Shown one piece after another: positions 57,875 to 61,923 of a stretch of DNA of 61,923 bases. Origin of the DNA: a virus (taxonomy: Duplodnaviria > Caudoviricetes); the IMG/VR virus record IMGVR_UViG_3300028284_000458, positions 1 to 61,923 of that record. The stretch is one strand, 5' to 3'. Below the pieces are notes generated by a model. That model did no database searches. It saw only the letters and a list, made by a program, of their open reading frames with translations, and was not told where the DNA came from. How positions within the stretch are numbered: position 1 is the first letter of the stretch; each line of letters starts with the position of its first letter. The position numbers were made by a program, and so were the translations under genes.

Positions 57875-59284
57875 TTATACACACGATGGAGGTACTACAA
57901 ATCCTAAATATCTCTTAGGAACTTTTTGAAATACACCACAACCGTTTCTACTAAAACCTCCCCCACCTGTATTTCCTTCTATTGTAATAACTCCTCCTGT
58001 TTCGGTTACACCAGCAACAATTCCGATATGATGTGCATCTGAAGGACTACCATATAATACTGCTGCTCCTATCTTGGGTTCGGATGACCAGTATCCTTTT
58101 GATTTTCCCCAACTCATCCAATTATCACAACTTGCTCCACCACTTGGAGTTTCCAATCCAGCTTCTTGCCACCAAGTAGCAACCGCGGCTGCACACCAAT
58201 AATATCCACTTCCACTCTTTTGTACTTTTGCTTGGTTATTTAATCCAACATTATCAAACATATCATCAATCCTACCTCGTTTGTTAAGTTGTTGTCCACC
58301 AGGAAAACCTCCATAGTTTAATCCAGGTGGTGTTCCATATTCTAATATACCAATATCTCTTCGTGCAATTGCAACTACCCTAGTTCCATCTTCACATTTA
58401 TATTTATCTGGTGTATTTTCTTCAATAGCTGCTAACTCTTCATCCGATAAATTAACAGGTGCTGCATTTATTTCACCAGATGATATTTCACTTGCTTTTA
58501 ATTTAGAATATTCTTTTGCACTCCCTCTACCATCAGCAGGTAATGATATATCATTAGCAACAGCATCAGCTTCTGCTTTTTCTAATTTTGCAGATTCTAT
58601 TTGTGCTGGTGACATTAATACGTTGGTAACTGCATTTACCACTACTGAAAGTATTCTACTAAGAAAACTACTCTCATTGGTTGATTCTCCTGGTTTTGAT
58701 GGTACTGCTACACCCGGTCCTGCAGGTGGAACTGTAAACCCAGTCCATGTTAATACACCCGGTGCAACAAATGGAGGTGCACCTGGATATAATGATACTG
58801 TCATATACAATCCTTGAATTGTTGGTATATGTGATACCATTGATGCAATAAGTTTATCTAAAAAGACACCACTATCATCAGTTGGGTTAAGTGGTCCTAC
58901 AGGTGTCCAAGTTCCTGGTGTAGTTACAAATGCTGCAGTTGATGATATATTTAACATAGAACCCGGAGCTGGAATAATTGGTGGAATTCCCACTACTAAT
59001 GTTGCACCTGTCCAATAACCCAATACACCCTTTCCTATATCATCAGCAAAAGTATGTTTTCCTTTTTGTTTTGCAAGTGCAGTTGTACATGCAAGTGTAA
59101 CTAAAGTTTGCATTAATGCAATATTTGGCGTTTGTATTGGAATGTTATTTACAGTTTGTAACCCTCTTCTAATACACATATCATATTCTGAAGTAATCTT
59201 CTGAGCGAATTCAGGAAATGCCTTTATACCATCCTGATTTTTCATGTAGCTCATCATATTTGATTTGAATATTGCGAAAGACAT
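57875..59284 (-). CDS. Baseplate-associated protein with C-terminal CHAP peptidoglycan hydrolase domain
   Basis: YWCAAAV (catalytic Cys), HIGIV (His), TIEGNT. Confidence 0.8.
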   Translation of the reverse strand: MSFAIFKSNMMSYMKNQDGIKAFPEFAQKITSEYDMCIRRGLQTVNNIPIQTPNIALMQTLVTLACTTALAKQKGKHTFADDIGKGVLGYWTGATLVVGIPPIIPAPGSMLNISSTAAFVTTPGTWTPVGPLNPTDDSGVFLDKLIASMVSHIPTIQGLYMTVSLYPGAPPFVAPGVLTWTGFTVPPAGPGVAVPSKPGESTNESSFLSRILSVVVNAVTNVLMSPAQIESAKLEKAEADAVANDISLPADGRGSAKEYSKLKASEISSGEINAAPVNLSDEELAAIEENTPDKYKCEDGTRVVAIARRDIGILEYGTPPGLNYGGFPGGQQLNKRGRIDDMFDNVGLNNQAKVQKSGSGYYWCAAAVATWWQEAGLETPSGGASCDNWMSWGKSKGYWSSEPKIGAAVLYGSPSDAHHIGIVAGVTETGGVITIEGNTGGGGFSRNGCGVFQKVPKRYLGFVVPPSCV

Positions 59285-59287
59285 GAG

Positions 59288-60517
59288 TTATTCTGTATAA
59301 TTAAGTGTGGATAGTATAGTATCTAATTTAGATTTAATCTTATTGAAATCCCCACGGTTGTTCGGTCCCATCATTGTAGGTCCACATGGAGTTGAAAATA
59401 TTTGAGCATTTATAGCATCACATAATTCTGCAAGAATATCAATAAGAGTTTGTCCTCTTGATAATGGTTCTGCAGTTGATTCGGTATTTAAATAGATTTC
59501 TCCACTTCCTCCTAAGAAATACATGTTGTTATCATTAGTAGTGGTTCTATATTCTCCATTTAAATCTATCTCAGCACCATCCAATCCATTGTCTATTGTA
59601 AGTTTACCATCTGATATAAATGAATAGTTTCCTTTAGAGTAAAATAACATTTCAGAATCCTTAGATGATAATATAATTCTACCACTATTAATAAGAACTT
59701 GGTCAGTTCCTTTTAATTCAGGTTCTTCTGCATATATTGGAGTAGTCTCCATTGGTGTATCAATCTGACCAGGAGTGAATTCTAATAAATGTTCTCCACT
59801 TGATAATACAATGATTGATCCATCATCAACAATATTCTCATATAAAGGTGTTCCAATTTTTAGTTCTTCTAATGATTTAGAACCTTGTCTGTTTCGTATT
59901 ACAATAGTTGGTGCTAAAACATTATCTGTATTATTATATCCACTAAATCTTATTGATTGTCCAAATCTAGATTGAATAACCTTATCTCCTTCGTAAAACT
60001 GTAATGGGTTTATTTGAGTTGGTTCAAAATATTCATTTTCTGGTTCATCAGATGATCCTCCTGAACTATTTGGTGTACCTGTTTGTGATGTTGTTGAATA
60101 ATCACCAGCTCCCCCATCACTAGCCTTTTCTTTATCAGGATTCATTATAGAATTTACATCCTCAATATAGTTACCAGTATTAAGAGTACTACTAGTAATT
60201 CTCCTATAAACAAGTTGTCCGTTTCCACGTTTAATTATTTCAACAGATTCACCAACTATAGGTAATTCTAAGTTTGCATAATCATGTGGTTCGTAAAATC
60301 TAAGCTGCTCTATTGGAGTCGTGTTATCATCCAACCTTCTAAGTTTTGCAAACCCTATTTCGTATGTATTTCTTGTATCATTTTTTCCAACTCCCAAATC
60401 TATTATAGATTCATGTTCTTCGTTGGTAATCACATCAAGCACAATACCCATAAGAGCAGGAGTCCTTGATTTCTGTGACCTACCACTAATAGCTGATGAT
60501 TGTGATAATCTACTCAT
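59288..60517 (-). CDS. Baseplate hub/spike (gp5-like) protein
   Basis: LPIVGESV OB-fold motif, EGD.VIQSRFGQSIRF, INSGRIIL, C-terminal TPCGPT; adjacent to gp25 and gp6. Confidence 0.65.
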   Translation of the reverse strand: MSRLSQSSAISGRSQKSRTPALMGIVLDVITNEEHESIIDLGVGKNDTRNTYEIGFAKLRRLDDNTTPIEQLRFYEPHDYANLELPIVGESVEIIKRGNGQLVYRRITSSTLNTGNYIEDVNSIMNPDKEKASDGGAGDYSTTSQTGTPNSSGGSSDEPENEYFEPTQINPLQFYEGDKVIQSRFGQSIRFSGYNNTDNVLAPTIVIRNRQGSKSLEELKIGTPLYENIVDDGSIIVLSSGEHLLEFTPGQIDTPMETTPIYAEEPELKGTDQVLINSGRIILSSKDSEMLFYSKGNYSFISDGKLTIDNGLDGAEIDLNGEYRTTTNDNNMYFLGGSGEIYLNTESTAEPLSRGQTLIDILAELCDAINAQIFSTPCGPTMMGPNNRGDFNKIKSKLDTILSTLNYTE

Positions 60518-60926
60518 TGTTTTTTACTTTTTGTTTTAATTCCTCTACTTCATTGGTAAGTTCATCAACTTTTATATCTTGTTCATCAGCCACCTGTGAA
60601 ATGGTTTCATCTAATTGTTTTAATAATTGTTCCTTTTCATCATCAGAAAGAAAACCAGTATCTCCATCTGAAGCTTGAGCTGCTCCTATAATCCTTTGTG
60701 CGATTGCAGCCATTTTTATAAGTGAATCATCATTCTTAACAGCCGAGTCAATTAAATCTCGTATAATCGGTCCCATTGCCATCATATCAGGTGCATGACG
60801 GACAAGTTTTCTCATCTCAGCAATTAATTCTGATATTCGTTGTTTCTTAACTTGTTGGTTATCGTAGATATCTTTAAACAGCCCACCTAAGTTCTTTCCT
60901 GGAAATAATTCAAATTCTGTACTCAT
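60510..60926 (-). CDS. Hypothetical helical protein
   Basis: 138-aa ORF with upstream promoter motif. Confidence 0.65.
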   Translation of the reverse strand: MSTEFELFPGKNLGGLFKDIYDNQQVKKQRISELIAEMRKLVRHAPDMMAMGPIIRDLIDSAVKNDDSLIKMAAIAQRIIGAAQASDGDTGFLSDDEKEQLLKQLDETISQVADEQDIKVDELTNEVEELKQKVKNNE

Positions 60927-60948
60927 AATTTTAACACATTATCTTGTA

Positions 60949-60957
60949 TATAAATAT
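60949..60957 (-). promoter_or_regulatory. ATATTTATA candidate late promoter
   Basis: 22 nt upstream of ATG 60926. Confidence 0.6.
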
Positions 60958-60964
60958 GATAAAC

Positions 60965-60999
60965 AAAAAAACCTCACTTTTTAAGGTGAGGTTTTCTTT
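60965..60999 (-). terminator. Rho-independent terminator
   Basis: AAAACCTCAC...GTGAGGTTTT stem with U-tract, downstream of the 61024 stop. Confidence 0.8.
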
Positions 61000-61023
61000 A
61001 ATGTACATAGGTAGGAAGGTGTA

Positions 61024-61260
61024 TTATGCCTTCTTTTTCATGATATGGTATATAACTCCAGCTCCTACTAAACCTAGTAAGCCTTCATTACTTAATGAAC
61101 CTAATATACCCATAATGTTATCCACTACTGATACTGCAGGCCAAAAAGGAATCGGTGCACCTTTAAATAATACTTCAAGTACTACCCCTAATGCGATGAT
61201 ACTAATACCAATTTCTGTTAGTGATTTTGCCCAATCACCCATTTTTTTTAGAAATTCCAT
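61024..61260 (-). CDS. Small membrane protein (78 aa, two hydrophobic segments)
   Basis: Hydrophobic IGISIIALGVVLEVLF and GLLGLVGAGVIY, basic C-terminus, AAGGAG RBS, own terminator. Confidence 0.75.
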   Translation of the reverse strand: MEFLKKMGDWAKSLTEIGISIIALGVVLEVLFKGAPIPFWPAVSVVDNIMGILGSLSNEGLLGLVGAGVIYHIMKKKA

Positions 61261-61594
61261 ATTGTTGTTCTCCTTTGTTTTTATGTTAGAATTGCATAAC
61301 CTCTTCCTTATTTAAAACATCGGACATGTCTAGAATAACTATGATATATATGAAGTAAAAAGTTGCAATATATATTTAATACCCAATTATAGAAGTGTAT
61401 GAAGGGTTTATATATTTATGTATAAAAAAACCCCACCGAAAGGAAGGGTATTTTGTACTAACCACTTTTTTATACGATTAGAGATTTTTGAGGGAATTTA
61501 TAACCTATTATTAGTATCCTCTATCTTACAATAAGTATAATTTAATTAATTTAAAATTTAATTTATTTGTTTTTTACTTATGTAGTATATATCT

Positions 61595-61923
61595 CTATTT
61601 TAGAGATTTCTCTATAGCCTTCTTAACTGCGGATGCAAATGATGTTTTATTAAATGGCAAGTTCTCATTTTGTAAATCGATAAATGTAGCCTTAACTGTA
61701 GATTTAGCCTTGCCTTCTACCTCAATTATCTTACCATCTATATAGACTAATAGAGTAACGATAGTCTTTTTACTGACTTTAGTCCATGGACCTATTGATA
61801 TTCCAGTTGTTGGTGCTTCTATTGAAGTTACTTTAACTTCAACTGGCTTACCATCTAAACATAAATCATACTTGTCTGAAATAACATCTTCCATCATTTG
61901 CTTAATACCAAATGTAATTCTTC
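61595..61923 (-). CDS. Hypothetical protein, C-terminal part (start lies beyond the window)
   Basis: Frame stays open upstream of 61897 (RITFGIKQMMEDV...). Confidence 0.65.
   Translation of the reverse strand, partial: RITFGIKQMMEDVISDKYDLCLDGKPVEVKVTSIEAPTTGISIGPWTKVSKKTIVTLLVYIDGKIIEVEGKAKSTVKATFIDLQNENLPFNKTSFASAVKKAIEKSLK

Noticed and set aside
41657-60517. Extracellular contractile injection system or tailocin
   Set aside because: Linked primase, recombination nuclease and GIY-YIG genes point to a replicating phage genome
1059-61315. Numerous 60-174 aa plus-strand ORFs and short alternative-frame minus-strand ORFs in the ORF track
   Set aside because: They lie antisense to or inside well-supported minus-strand genes, have no motifs, and show shadow-ORF composition
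61424-61456. Possible terminator aaaaaaaccccaccgaaaggaagggtattttg
   Set aside because: Stem pairing is poor, so it was not called
1-61923. tRNA/rRNA genes and stop-codon recoding
   Set aside because: No cloverleaf or rRNA-like segments noticed by eye; long intact ORFs tile the window in the standard code

Overview
Very AT-rich fragment of a large contractile-tailed dsDNA phage (myovirus, probably jumbo class). Almost all genes are densely packed on the minus strand in the standard genetic code. A Bacteroidota/Flavobacteria host is inferred from two TTG-N20-TAnnTTTG-type promoters. In transcription order (right to left) there are four blocks. (1) A baseplate/tail module at about 41.6-61.9 kb: gp5-like hub, CHAP peptidoglycan hydrolase, gp25, gp6/baseplate-J, a gpI/gp7-like giant wedge protein and tail-collar-like proteins. 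(2) A small DNA-metabolism block at about 36-41 kb: GIY-YIG nuclease, primase and a fused Mre11-Rad50. (3) A ~3,030-aa tail-fibre/adhesin with tandem repeats, a non-splicing Hint (BIL-type) domain and a C-terminal chaperone-like domain, with a divergent unannotated RHH gene and palindromic operator beside it. (4) A ~26-kb, ~30-gene glycan-biosynthesis island: NeuB, NeuA-like, KdsB, Ugd, RmlC, exostosin-like GT47, two beta-1,4-galactosyltransferase-like GT7 enzymes each split by an inserted LamG domain, a sulfotransferase-like protein, three SGNH proteins, two radical SAM enzymes, a methyltransferase and a kinase/aminotransferase/nucleotidyltransferase trio. A recurrent ATATTTATA motif precedes many genes and is a candidate late promoter. 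The leading hypothesis is a phage-encoded virion glycosylation system making an acidic, sulfated, nonulosonate-containing glycan. All family assignments are by motif recognition; no searches were run.
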